Assembly: GCA_000987045.1 (NCBI GenBank)
Contig: LAKY01000064.1
Location: forward strand, 1,514-65,513
Direction: 5' to 3'
Origin: Clostridiales bacterium PH28_bin88
Lineage (GTDB): Bacteria; Bacillota; PH28-bin88
DNA: 64,000 bases
Shown: positions 54,972 to 64,000 of the stretch, piece after piece
Layout of the letters: every line of letters starts with the position of its first letter
Numbering within the stretch: the first letter of the stretch is position 1
Program-made: the position numbers and the translations under genes
Notes under the pieces: model-generated
Seen by the model: the letters and a program-made list of their open reading frames with translations, nothing else
Database searches by the model: none
Told to the model about the DNA's origin: nothing

Positions 54972-56131
54972 TCACCTGTTTGCCCGGTTAATCCGGACGA
55001 TGGCGTATTCCGGTCCCGCGGAGCCCTGGCTGATTAAGGCCCGGGTGTTGTCCGGGGAGAGGAACAAGACATACTGCTCCCCGGGGAACTCCCATTGCTT
55101 GCTCTGTTTTTCCCTTATCTGGAACAGGGTCAGCATGTGGTTTCCGAATACCTGTAGGCTGTGATCGCCGCCCCAGCGGACATTACCGGGTGCAAAGGGC
55201 ATTTCCCCCCAGGGCTGGGTGTTTACCTGACCGGTGGCGGTCTCCAAGATCCGCACGCTGGTGTTGTTCTCATAGGTATAATCAAGGACCAGCAGGTGAG
55301 TGCGGTCCGGCGAGGGAAGTAGAACCGACCCCGTGGTAAGGGGTTCGCTCCCGGCGGTTTCGGCGACAAAGACATGCTCCTCACTGGTGAAATACAATTT
55401 TCCCCGGGGGTCATAGGCGATGTCCTCCACTGGCCTGTCCCTGAAACCGGCCAGTTCCAGCACCCTGTCCTTTTCAAGGTCGTAGACGGATAGCAACCCG
55501 CCTTTTTCCCCAGGCTTTCCCCTCTGGACAAAGGTGATGGCATCCCCATCCGGTTGCCAGTCAAACGCCGGCACGCGGTTGATCACCCGGAGGGTTTTTC
55601 CCCCGGCCATGTCCAACACCACCAGGTCATATTGGCCCCAGGCGTAATCCAGGGTGAAGGCCAGCTTCTCGCCATCCGGACTCCACCGGGAGTCGGGTAC
55701 TTCGAGTCCCAGGTGATACCCCCGGTACCTCTCGACATGGGTATGACGGTAATCTTTTGGTAGCTGGCCCCTGCCAGGTCATAGCGCCAGACCTCCAGGT
55801 CAGCCGCCAGGTCGTTGACGTAGAGCAAGAAATAGAGGCTGTTACCGTCCAGCCCCCAGGCCACGGGTTCCATCAACAAGCGCTTTTTTTCTTCCTCCCG
55901 CGGTTGGCCGCCAAGCACCTCCCCGCCGTAAGCCGCCAGGAGACCCTGCAGGAGGTTGCTTTCCACTACCGGGAACTTGGCGGGACGGCCTGCTTCGGTC
56001 TCTTGCAGAGGAGCCTCTATTTCCGTAACATCCCGTGCCTGATCCACTGTCCTGCCACAGGCACTTGACAGGGCCGCTAGCAGGACCACTACCCAGAGCC
56101 AGTGTTTAGATAACAAGCACTCTCCCCCCAT
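54972..56131 (-). pseudogene. TolB/PD40-like beta-propeller lipoprotein with a frameshift near 55700-55750
   Basis: ORF 55583..56131 supplies the signal and lipobox (LAALSSAC). A different frame carries ...RWSPDGEKLAFTLDYAWGQYDLVVLDMAGGKTLRVI... continuing into ORF 54972..55622. The span is 1160 nt, not a multiple of 3. Confidence 0.55.
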
Positions 56132-56140
56132 CCAGCCGGT

Positions 56141-58699
56141 TCAGTTTCCCGCCGGCAGCATGCTGCCCGCCGTGTACAGGGCCTGGTCGGCGTAGTGGGG
56201 GTTGTATATGTAGTAGGCCATCTCGCCCTCCCGCCACCAGACCTCCGTGTGCTCGCCGTCCCCGGCCACCCGCACGGTTACCTCGCCCGTAGTGCCGGGC
56301 GCCACCGGGTTCCCCCAGGGCGGCAGGTGGCTTTTCAGGTAGCGGGCATAAGCGACCCAGGGAACATCTTTTTGATCTTGTAAGTTTTGTCCCGCGTACC
56401 GCCTGCTAGCATCCAGCAATCGGTAAGTCCAGCCTCCCTGTTGCCAGACCAGGCGCGGCACGTCATCCGGTTCTTTGCCGGTATACCAGGTGCCGGCTAT
56501 GCCACCACCCAGGTTAACAGTGACCGCTTTGCCGCCCGGGATTTGCAATGGCGTAGGGTCCATTTCTTTCAAGAGCTTTTTGGCCGGGCCACCCTCCACG
56601 ATCCCCAGTTCCCCGGCCAGGCCGCCGTTAGGGGGCTGGGTGATGCGCGGGTCGTTGGGCGGGTAGGACTTGTCAGTTAAGGATATTTGAACCCGGTAGC
56701 TGTCCCGGTCACTTTCCACCCGCAGGCTGTAATATACCTTACCCGGCCTTGGCTCCAGGTAGGCGGGCAGGAGGGCGCCGGGAACACCGGCCAGTCTTTC
56801 CCCGATGGCAGCAACGGCGGGGTTGAGCTGGACCCCGGGCAGGGGCAGTTTTCGCCAGGTGGCGGCCGCTTTTCCCGACCGGTACCAAAGGGTGGAGGCG
56901 GTAAGAAAGAATTCCGCGGCATCCTCCGGAACGCCGTCCAGTCTTTGCTCCTGGCCTGTGTCCATGTCGTAAAGGAAAGCCGCCGTGGGGGCTGGTCCGG
57001 GAGAACCATTTGCTGTCTGCCCAGTTTGCCAGAAGACCCTCCCCCCGCCCACGGCGACGCGGAAAAGGCTGTTGCCATCATCCGATGCCGACGCCACGGC
57101 CCGCTTTACCCCGGTCCGGTAGTTGACCGCCCGTATTTCCACCCGGTCTATGGTCGGAGAGGGCACTCCCCGCTGCGCCACCTGGTAAACCACCCAGTCT
57201 CCCGTCACCCACAGGTTAACAAGAAGCTGCCGGTAGACCGGGCCGCGACGCTGGGGCGGTGCGCTATCTGCCGCCGGGTCGGTGGGGGCAATAGCCACCA
57301 GTTCCCGGCTGTTGTCCGCCAGGGGGAGCAGCCAGGTCTGGCCGGGGTCGATGTAGGGGTAGAGGTAAATGCGGGTGGGTTCGGTGGGTATCCAGCGCTC
57401 GGGGTTGCTGGCCAGTGGCCTACCGTCCGGGGCGGTGGCCCAGATGATGCCATCCCGGGTCCAGGCGCCTTTGATCGGGTCCGCGAGCGCGCCCGGAGGA
57501 CGGGGTACGGGATAGACCTGCCCCAGGAGGTTCAGCCTGCCGGGCGCTTCGAGGTCCTGCAGTTTCTCCCGGGCTGACCGGTAGAACTCCCAGCCCGGAT
57601 GGCCATGGCTGATCTTTACCGCTCGCCGCAGGTCCGCCGCTGCTAGCTCTTTCTTCCCCAGGGCCAAGCGGGCTAGACCCCGGTAGTAGAGGGCGTGGAA
57701 CCAAAACTCCCCGCCGGGAGCGCCCTCCCCCAGTTCCTTCTCCCGCTCCGGGGTCAGGCCGGCCACTACCCGGTCCAGGTCAGCCACCGCCTTTTGATAA
57801 TCCCCGGCTTGATAATAGGCCTCACCCCGCACGGCCAGGAGCATGGCGTCGTCCGGATATCCATCGGTAGCCAGGGCCTTGGCGGCGTAATCCAGGGCCT
57901 GCCGCGGGTCGCCCGCCTTGTTGGAGGCGTCGGCGAGCGCGTAGGTGAGCATGCGTGACAGGTCGAGAGACCTCTTCAGTTGCGCCTCGTAATAAGGCAA
58001 TACTTTTTCTTGAAAATACACCGGAACCGTACGATCCGCCCGCACGAAGGCCTGCCCGCTCCAGCGATAAATTTGAATGAAGGAGAGCGGCCCGGTATCG
58101 CGTAGCCAGGTCGCCAATTCCGCCTGGCCGTCGCCATTCCAGTCGCCCCACTCCAGGCGATGGTAACCGGACTGTAAGACGGGCTCCAGCCGGCCGGACT
58201 CTTCTCGTAGGACCACCAATTTCTGGCCGGCCGAGGCGCCGATAACGCCGCCCACCACCACCTCGGGCCTCCCGTCCCCGGTCAGGTCCACGGCCTCCAG
58301 CCGGTCCAGGAGATAGCCAAGGTCGTTATCCTGCCAGAGCACGCGGTATTCGCCACCCGTCTTCCCGGCCGCCAGGGCGCCGACCTGCCGCTCACCGTAC
58401 TCGTAGCCGGCCAGGAGTTCGGGCGCGCCGTCGCCGTCCAGGTCCACCTGCTGGACAAGGGGAAGGTTATCCGGCTCTCCTGGCCTGACCAGCCGCGCCC
58501 CTTCGGGTAGGAGAGGCACCACTGCGGCGGAAATATCCTTGAGGGAGGCGCCCGCCAAAACCGGACTTTTATCCTTTTCAACGTGTGAAGTGCTGGCCGC
58601 GCACCCGTTAAGAAGAAAGACCGCGGGTATTAGCACTCCCATCAGGGCAGCCCGCCAGTTGTTCCTCAATCTGATCACCTCTCGTCTAACATCCGCCAA
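56141..58699 (-). CDS. Large lipoprotein with FG-GAP-like repeats and a TPR-like segment
   Basis: 852 aa. Lipobox FLLNGC. DLDGDGAPELLAGY, DLTGDGRPEVVVGG, DWNGDGQAELA. TPR-like YYQAGDYQKAVADL / YYRGLARLALGKKELAAADL. Confidence 0.7.
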   Translation of the reverse strand: MADVRREVIRLRNNWRAALMGVLIPAVFLLNGCAASTSHVEKDKSPVLAGASLKDISAAVVPLLPEGARLVRPGEPDNLPLVQQVDLDGDGAPELLAGYEYGERQVGALAAGKTGGEYRVLWQDNDLGYLLDRLEAVDLTGDGRPEVVVGGVIGASAGQKLVVLREESGRLEPVLQSGYHRLEWGDWNGDGQAELATWLRDTGPLSFIQIYRWSGQAFVRADRTVPVYFQEKVLPYYEAQLKRSLDLSRMLTYALADASNKAGDPRQALDYAAKALATDGYPDDAMLLAVRGEAYYQAGDYQKAVADLDRVVAGLTPEREKELGEGAPGGEFWFHALYYRGLARLALGKKELAAADLRRAVKISHGHPGWEFYRSAREKLQDLEAPGRLNLLGQVYPVPRPPGALADPIKGAWTRDGIIWATAPDGRPLASNPERWIPTEPTRIYLYPYIDPGQTWLLPLADNSRELVAIAPTDPAADSAPPQRRGPVYRQLLVNLWVTGDWVVYQVAQRGVPSPTIDRVEIRAVNYRTGVKRAVASASDDGNSLFRVAVGGGRVFWQTGQTANGSPGPAPTAAFLYDMDTGQEQRLDGVPEDAAEFFLTASTLWYRSGKAAATWRKLPLPGVQLNPAVAAIGERLAGVPGALLPAYLEPRPGKVYYSLRVESDRDSYRVQISLTDKSYPPNDPRITQPPNGGLAGELGIVEGGPAKKLLKEMDPTPLQIPGGKAVTVNLGGGIAGTWYTGKEPDDVPRLVWQQGGWTYRLLDASRRYAGQNLQDQKDVPWVAYARYLKSHLPPWGNPVAPGTTGEVTVRVAGDGEHTEVWWREGEMAYYIYNPHYADQALYTAGSMLPAGN

Positions 58700-59114
58700 A
58701 CCATAGCTCAGGGCTGGGCTGCGTACCCTGGTTCAGTCCGCACCCCGTAAGTCCTGGAAGAAAGCCGTCTCAGGCAATAACCTGGTCTCTCTGCTTAACA
58801 CCTTAGCCGAAAACCAAAAAACGGCTTTCGGCTGGGTTAGTGTGTTATCTTGTGCGGTAACCCTCTAATATAGATAGACGGGCAAATTCCTTTTTTGTTC
58901 CGTGTGGAGGCAAATAACCTTCTATGCTTCGAGAAGTGGAAAAAGCAATCAGGAACAGGTTGCGTTCCCGCTCCTGTTAATGTGGCTAAAGGCCGGCTCA
59001 GGCGACCCTTCCCCACAGGTTCCTGAAAAGCTCAGCCAACGGGCAAAGAACCGATGAAATCTCTCCTTCTACCGGAACGGGAGTACAGAAATATTAGCTG
59101 GCAGCGGGTTCGCT

Positions 59115-60239
59115 TCATTTCCCGACCGGGAGATTGGCCCAGGCTTCGCCCGTTGCACCAATAAACAGGACAGATGAGGGCTCATGCCCCTTGGGCACCT
59201 CTACCGCCACAAATTGGGCGGGATGGGTGATGACCGCGAGGGTCACGGCGTCTGGTGGCGGCGCCGTTTCTTCAATGGAGACCGTCCATTGGCGATTGCT
59301 CTCCCTGATGGTCTTAACGGCAATGCCATAGCCACCGCTTCCTTTTTCACCGGCAAACACCCCAATAAAAAGCGCGTCTTCCTTCACCGAAGCTAGGTTT
59401 TCCAGTGGCAGGCGGTTCGCCCGGGCAAAGGATTGAAAGCTTTTCTTGCCAGTGAAGAGCAGCGCTGTCTTTGCCTGGGGCCTAAATTTCTCGACGTTCC
59501 AGGTCGTGATGATTTGTTTGAATGGAAGTTCGGTCCCCTCATCAAGTGTGGGACGCGTTTCCGCCAGGGCGGGAGCTAAGGGTAAAAGGGAATCGCCGAA
59601 CATGACCATCCCTGCCAGGGTAATTCCCGTCCCCTGCAGTTCATATCCCGCCTCGCCCGACTCCCAGGTAACCAAGAGTTCATTTTCCGCCTGGTGTACC
59701 GAAGCGGGAATCCCTTGAATTTTCGTGGCCTCAGGGGTTTCAGGATTAACGCTATCTCCCGGCTCGGCGTTTTTCGGTTTTTGCAGGAAACCCAGTTCCC
59801 GCTGTTCACCAGCGTAGACGGCCATGACTTCGTTTGTACTTTTCCTGTATTGAATTTGTTTGAAAACAAGATCAAGGGGCAAGTTCCCTGGGACCATCAG
59901 GCTGAAAGGGACGTTGTTCACCAGGGCCTCGTAAGACGGGTAAGCCGCCCATTTTGGCTCTGCCGAAATCCCCGGCAAATCCTGTTTTAATTTGACTCTT
60001 AATGAGGGGGATACGTAATTGGGGGTGTTGGATAAATCGCCAATGGCATTCCACGCAGCCGTATACTGTTTCTTTGGCATGTCCGAGGTGGAGGGATTTT
60101 TCTCTGACTCGCCCCCGGTGATGGGGCTTAGAGCAAGATCCCCTGGCACATCGGTTTTGGACAATTGGTTGCCGGTATTACAACCGGCAATAGCCGTTAT
60201 AATGATCAAGAACGCCAGGAGTACCGCCGCCTTCTTCAC
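59115..60239 (-). CDS. Lipoprotein with a DUF4367-like middle region and a PrcB-C-like C-terminal domain
   Basis: 374 aa. Lipobox ITAIAGC. The C-terminal GVFAGEKGSGGYGIAVKTIRESNRQWTVSIEE...VITHPAQFVAV resembles the PrcB C-terminal domain. Confidence 0.6.
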   Translation of the reverse strand: MKKAAVLLAFLIIITAIAGCNTGNQLSKTDVPGDLALSPITGGESEKNPSTSDMPKKQYTAAWNAIGDLSNTPNYVSPSLRVKLKQDLPGISAEPKWAAYPSYEALVNNVPFSLMVPGNLPLDLVFKQIQYRKSTNEVMAVYAGEQRELGFLQKPKNAEPGDSVNPETPEATKIQGIPASVHQAENELLVTWESGEAGYELQGTGITLAGMVMFGDSLLPLAPALAETRPTLDEGTELPFKQIITTWNVEKFRPQAKTALLFTGKKSFQSFARANRLPLENLASVKEDALFIGVFAGEKGSGGYGIAVKTIRESNRQWTVSIEETAPPPDAVTLAVITHPAQFVAVEVPKGHEPSSVLFIGATGEAWANLPVGK

Positions 60240-60468
60240 CAGTTCACCTCATTTCCCTGGAAACATGCCACCAGCCCACTAATTGCGCTTTTCTGGCAGC
60301 AAGCTGCCATACTGACATAGGCTGCACTTGCCAGGAGCAAAAAAGTTCCCTACCGCACGGTGACATTTATAACGCGGGTTACCCCAGCCAGGAAACCAGC
60401 GCGGAAACCCAACTATCAGCCGCGGTTATGAGCTTAATCAGAAAATGATATTATGTATTACTTTTGAA

Positions 60469-61080
60469 TTACTTGTTGCCATACGATTTCTTTTTCTGTA
60501 AGAGTGTAACTACCGCGCCTAGAGTTAATGAGGTAACCAATCCCAAGGTAAAGGTAAATTGATTAAAGTAAATACTGTTCGTATACTGGTTGAGCCAACC
60601 GAGCTGGTATATCCTGGAGTTTGGTTCGTTTGGGTAACCTCCCAACTGGTCCAAAAGAGTGTCAATAAATGCAAATTCCCCGTGTAATAGACCTAGAAGC
60701 GTAGCTACCATAGCCATGATAAAAAGGGTGACGACAGGTTTCTTTTGCGATTTCATGAAATGGTATGACTTGAATCCGAGAAATACATTCAAGACCAGAA
60801 AAATAATAGACATCGGCACCATGAACAGTAATCCGAGGTTGCCGTTACCAGAAATCTTACTGGGTGGTATGGTCAAATCGTAGATAACATAAAACCCCAC
60901 CATACAGATAGCTAAAAGCCCCACAAAGCTGAGCTTGGCCTTCGGATCGTGGATCATCTTTTGAAAAATCAAATAGGTTAGGTTAACCGATAGCTTCAGA
61001 CCTAGCATAATTACAAATAAGGTAAAAAGTAAAAGCAGGTAATCTGGGATCTGGTAATGGGTAATGAGGTACCTTAACAT
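60469..61080 (-). CDS. Hypothetical polytopic membrane protein (AT-rich gene)
   Basis: 203 aa with at least 5 TM segments. The ATG directly follows the upstream stop (TAAATG). Confidence 0.5.
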   Translation of the reverse strand: MLRYLITHYQIPDYLLLLFTLFVIMLGLKLSVNLTYLIFQKMIHDPKAKLSFVGLLAICMVGFYVIYDLTIPPSKISGNGNLGLLFMVPMSIIFLVLNVFLGFKSYHFMKSQKKPVVTLFIMAMVATLLGLLHGEFAFIDTLLDQLGGYPNEPNSRIYQLGWLNQYTNSIYFNQFTFTLGLVTSLTLGAVVTLLQKKKSYGNK

Positions 61081-61827
61081 TTAGCTTACCTTACCCCCTA
61101 CGAGTCTTGCTTTGCTGGTGAGACTTCGTTCCTCAATTAGATCGGCCTCCTGTAATTGCCACAAATATTTTGTTCCACTCTTTTTTGCGCTGTTGCCACT
61201 TTTTACATTTAACTTATCCAAGTCATTTTCGCGTCTTTTAGCCTGCCATTGGCCCTCTTTATAAATCATCGTGCTCATTACGCGTATGGCGTAAAGCTCT
61301 GCTCCTTCCTGGAGGTAGTTGGATGAGCCATTGGGGAATTCATCGTGTTCATCCGTAGATTGTTTTATAATCTTTCCTAACATCCCTCCGGTTTCCGCCT
61401 GTCCCACGGTTTCATCCGTTATCTCATAGTAATGATCATTCCATTTCACAAAATTATATGCCCATTGCTTGGAAGAGCTAGTTGTGACCCCAAACCGGGA
61501 ACAGGCTATGGCAGAAAGGGGTACTCTTCTAATACAGATAGACGTGAAAAATGCCATTTTGTTCCTTGGAGGGGCGAAAAAACCGCCCACCCGCGAGGAA
61601 TGGACGTTAGCCAACCAGGCGGTAACCGCCAGTGCCCGCCCCGTGCATTCTGGTCCAGTTCCGCCCTTTTGCCAAAACACGGGAACAACCCCTGGCTCAA
61701 ATCCCCAGCCTTTGACTTGACGTGATGGATTGACCGGCTGCCGATGCCGCCGGGAAAGTACCGAAAGAAAAGGCCAGGCCAAATAATACCGCAAGATTTT
61801 TTTCATGCCTGTACCTCCAAAGAACAT
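61081..61827 (-). pseudogene. Secreted protein gene with probable frame switches in its 5' third
   Basis: The C-terminal 135 aa look genuine (SKQWAYNFVKWNDHYYEITDETVGQAETGGMLGKI...). The signal peptide continues better in another frame (…FPAASAAGQSITSSQ). A third frame (ORF 61506..61700) carries a DUF4367-like RLPPGW segment. Confidence 0.4.
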
Positions 61828-62355
61828 CGCTTAATGTCTACATTTCCATGCATTAAACAAAGCTTTGAACAAATAGGGTACCATGCTTCCTAAAATGGGC
61901 GATAAAGGGGCGACAACATACAAGAGGTTTCTGGTGTGAGGTAGGGGTGAAGTTAGAAAGGTTGCCCAGATTGCAGGAAGTAGACCTAATACCGCTCCCA
62001 CCAAAATCGGTCCGCCTACGTCCTGGAGTGAAGACCAGAGTGTTTCTCTATATAGCCTCTTGGACCGAAGGCCAAAAGTTTTTCATTTTCTGGTTCTCCC
62101 TCAATTAATGACACCCCTCCACATCCAGGAACTGGCCGTAAGCAGCGTACTGTTGGTATGCACCGGGAGGGTTGGTTAAGGATTGATTTGGGTGAACGCC
62201 GTGGAAAAACCCGTATGCTAGCTTGCCATAGATGATTGTCGATGCTAAAAGAAACCAATAAACGCTGATTAACCATAAAACAACCCTTGATAACATTTGT
62301 CCCATCTCCAATTTCAAAGCTCTGACGTTGCCTCCAGATCAGGCTCAAAAGGCTG

Positions 62356-62946
62356 TCAAGTATCACTTGAGCTTTGTCTCTTTGGTATTAATCCCTGTAA
62401 CAGACCCAGTAATTTGAAGGCCAAAAACCCAAACAAGAGGCCAAGGGTATTCAGGATCAGATCATCCACATCTGCCGCCCTGCCCGGTAGCATCAACTGC
62501 ACTAATTCGATTGACAATGATAGCAAGAAGCCTGTGGCAACCACTTTCCCCAGTGTATTTACGTCCTTTCGGATCATGGGTAAAAGAAACCCAAAAGGAG
62601 CGAGTAAAACCAAATTTCCGCCGATATTCCGCAGCGCTACCATGTACCATGAATGGTGGAGGGATCCCAGGATGCTCTTAAACGGGATAAAGTTGGCGTG
62701 GAAATAATCGCCGTAACAAGGTATACCGAGCGGGATGGGAAAGATGGTCACACCCATCAAAGCCACCAGGTAAAAAAAGAACATGTTTAACAATAACTCC
62801 CCGGATAGGGAAGTATGCTGCTTTTTTATCTGCCGCCAGATCATGGTCAGGATGCGAAACGGCACCCAGGTTAGCAAAGCGATCAGCCAAACAAAATCGG
62901 AATCAATTAGCACAAGCATCCTCTTTTCCAATAAGGCTGGCGACAA
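62356..62946 (-). CDS. VanZ-family membrane protein
   Basis: 196 aa. NIGGNLVLLAPFGFLLPMI and AADVDDLILNTLGLLFGF motifs. Confidence 0.75.
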   Translation of the reverse strand: MSPALLEKRMLVLIDSDFVWLIALLTWVPFRILTMIWRQIKKQHTSLSGELLLNMFFFYLVALMGVTIFPIPLGIPCYGDYFHANFIPFKSILGSLHHSWYMVALRNIGGNLVLLAPFGFLLPMIRKDVNTLGKVVATGFLLSLSIELVQLMLPGRAADVDDLILNTLGLLFGFLAFKLLGLLQGLIPKRQSSSDT

Positions 62947-62999
62947 ATCCGCATTCCGGTCTTTATTTAATCTCTGTTGGTTCTGTACTAGGACCGTGG

Positions 63000-63944
63000 T
63001 TAGGGAGCAGTTGGTTTAGAAAACTCCACGAGCTTTCCATCCCGGTACTGGTAGTAGTGGGGCTCGTTCGGTTTCCCCGTCTCGATCCAAACCGTCCCCT
63101 CCAACCGGTCTATGCTTGCGTAGACGTTTCCGGTGGACTCGGCCACGTCCGCCTTTTCATAATGGTCCTTATTCCAGCGGTAGATCCAGACGTACCCCGG
63201 CAGGCTGCCGCCGGAGGTTGCCACCACGTCCTCCTGGCCGTCGCCGTCCAGGTCCCCGTCCCAGGGAGTGCCCATGGTAAGGAGCCTCAGCCACTGCTTT
63301 TCCCCCGGGTCATAGCCGATGATCTTCCGCTCCCCGTAGGTGGCGCCCATGCCGCCGGTAATCACCAGCTCCTGCCTGCCATCACCGTTCATATCCCGGG
63401 GGCGAACATCCACACCCTGCAGGCCGTAGTTACCGACCATGCCCAGGTCGAAGCTGGCGGTTCCATCATCCAGGAGTCCCCATACCTCGCCTTGCAGGAA
63501 GGGGTCATTCACGCTCGCGTCTATATGTAAGCGTACGGTCACCTGACCCTCACCGGTCGGGCTGGTAAGCACAATACTTCTTTGTTCCTTCCATTCCTTC
63601 TCAGGCTCGCCTGGTGGCAATACTTCCACGGGTTCAGGCGTAAACTCCAGCGGGATTTCCCTTACCTGTCCGGCCTGCCCCGGGGAAACCCGGCCTCCGG
63701 TCAGGCTTGGCCGCAAGTTGTCAGTCCCGGCGCTAACACGGAGCAACAACGGAACAACCACCAACACGGTAATAACGTAAGCCAGTAGCAGGCACACCGC
63801 CATCCCAACCGCCCAGAACCAGACCGAACGGGGGTGCCTAGAACGGGTGTAATACCCAAAACCTATCAGGCCCAAGGCTAGCAGGACCAGAAAAGAAATT
63901 ATTCCTGGCCAAGAAACGGCAACGCTTACGTTCATGCCAAGCAT
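63000..63944 (-). CDS. Membrane-anchored FG-GAP/VCBS-repeat protein (intact paralog of 36333..38128)
   Basis: 314 aa. MNGDGRQELVITGGMGATYGERKIIGYD, DGDLDGDGQEDVV, ...EPHYYQYRDGKLVEF. The last ~200 aa align with the 36-kb copy. Confidence 0.7.
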   Translation of the reverse strand: MLGMNVSVAVSWPGIISFLVLLALGLIGFGYYTRSRHPRSVWFWAVGMAVCLLLAYVITVLVVVPLLLRVSAGTDNLRPSLTGGRVSPGQAGQVREIPLEFTPEPVEVLPPGEPEKEWKEQRSIVLTSPTGEGQVTVRLHIDASVNDPFLQGEVWGLLDDGTASFDLGMVGNYGLQGVDVRPRDMNGDGRQELVITGGMGATYGERKIIGYDPGEKQWLRLLTMGTPWDGDLDGDGQEDVVATSGGSLPGYVWIYRWNKDHYEKADVAESTGNVYASIDRLEGTVWIETGKPNEPHYYQYRDGKLVEFSKPTAP

Positions 63945-64000
63945 AGCACCCCTTTATGTCCGCTCATTGCCCGGGCCGTACCTCTCCAGCCAGGCCCGGG

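Noticed and set aside
1-64000. CRISPR arrays, rRNA genes, intact IS elements, transposases or integrases.
   Set aside because: Reading both strands showed no regularly spaced direct repeats of 25-40 nt, no rRNA-like segments, and no ORF with DDE, serine-recombinase or tyrosine-recombinase hallmarks. The only hint is the weak integrase-tail candidate at about 35119-35260.

Overview
The window reads as chromosome from a GC-rich, endospore-forming Firmicute of the class Clostridia. This is inferred from bofA, a long Bacillus-type SRP RNA and strong GGAGG ribosome-binding sites; the exact taxon cannot be determined. Almost every gene is on the minus strand.

**1-12.3 kb: conserved housekeeping core.**
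- 2-oxoacid:ferredoxin oxidoreductase gamma, beta and alpha subunits.
- The Bacillus-like block bofA - yaaL-like - recR - ybaB - dnaX - SRP RNA - tRNA-Ser.
- yajQ, glnS, a frameshifted DUF433/DUF5615 toxin-antitoxin pair, tadA and four more tRNAs (Ser, Arg, Arg, Ser).

**12.3-17.3 kb: glycyl-radical-enzyme cassette.**
- It carries the enzyme, its activase, an XRE regulator and gene remnants.
- It sits between two diverged direct copies of the leader and first codons of a small LysM gene.

**17.6-20.4 kb: c-di-GMP-related genes.**
- A c-di-GMP-I riboswitch with a terminator lies upstream of a methyl-accepting chemotaxis protein.
- An HD-GYP fragment follows.

**20.5-35.1 kb: the most unusual block.**
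- It is visibly GC-richer than its surroundings.
- It encodes a complete type IV pilus assembly set: pilC, major pilin, three minor-pilin-like genes, pilMNO and a pilB with tandem MshEN-type motifs.
- Transcriptionally upstream lie a REC-only response regulator and a 1705-aa protein with the domain order degenerate Ser/Thr-kinase-like, STAND NTPase, TPR, GAF, HisKA_3/HATPase. A NarL/LuxR response regulator is translationally coupled to that protein.
- A 38-nt element containing two GTCAYRTGAC palindromes 21 bp apart occurs twice, upstream of pilC and upstream of the REC-only regulator.
- A 27-bp tRNA-derived direct repeat brackets the block.

**35-36.3 kb: decayed integrative element.**
- A 3' half of a tRNA-Thr-like gene, a possible integrase tail, abiEi and a truncated abiEii.

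**36.3-64 kb: compositional mosaic of cell-envelope genes.**
- Families include copper-amine-oxidase-N-domain, FG-GAP, BNR, VanZ and DUF4367-like proteins. A GntR-ABC module is also present.
- Frameshifted, truncated or inverted gene fragments are unusually frequent.

I saw no rRNA, no CRISPR array and no intact transposase or integrase. All homology statements come from motif recognition by eye. No database search was run.
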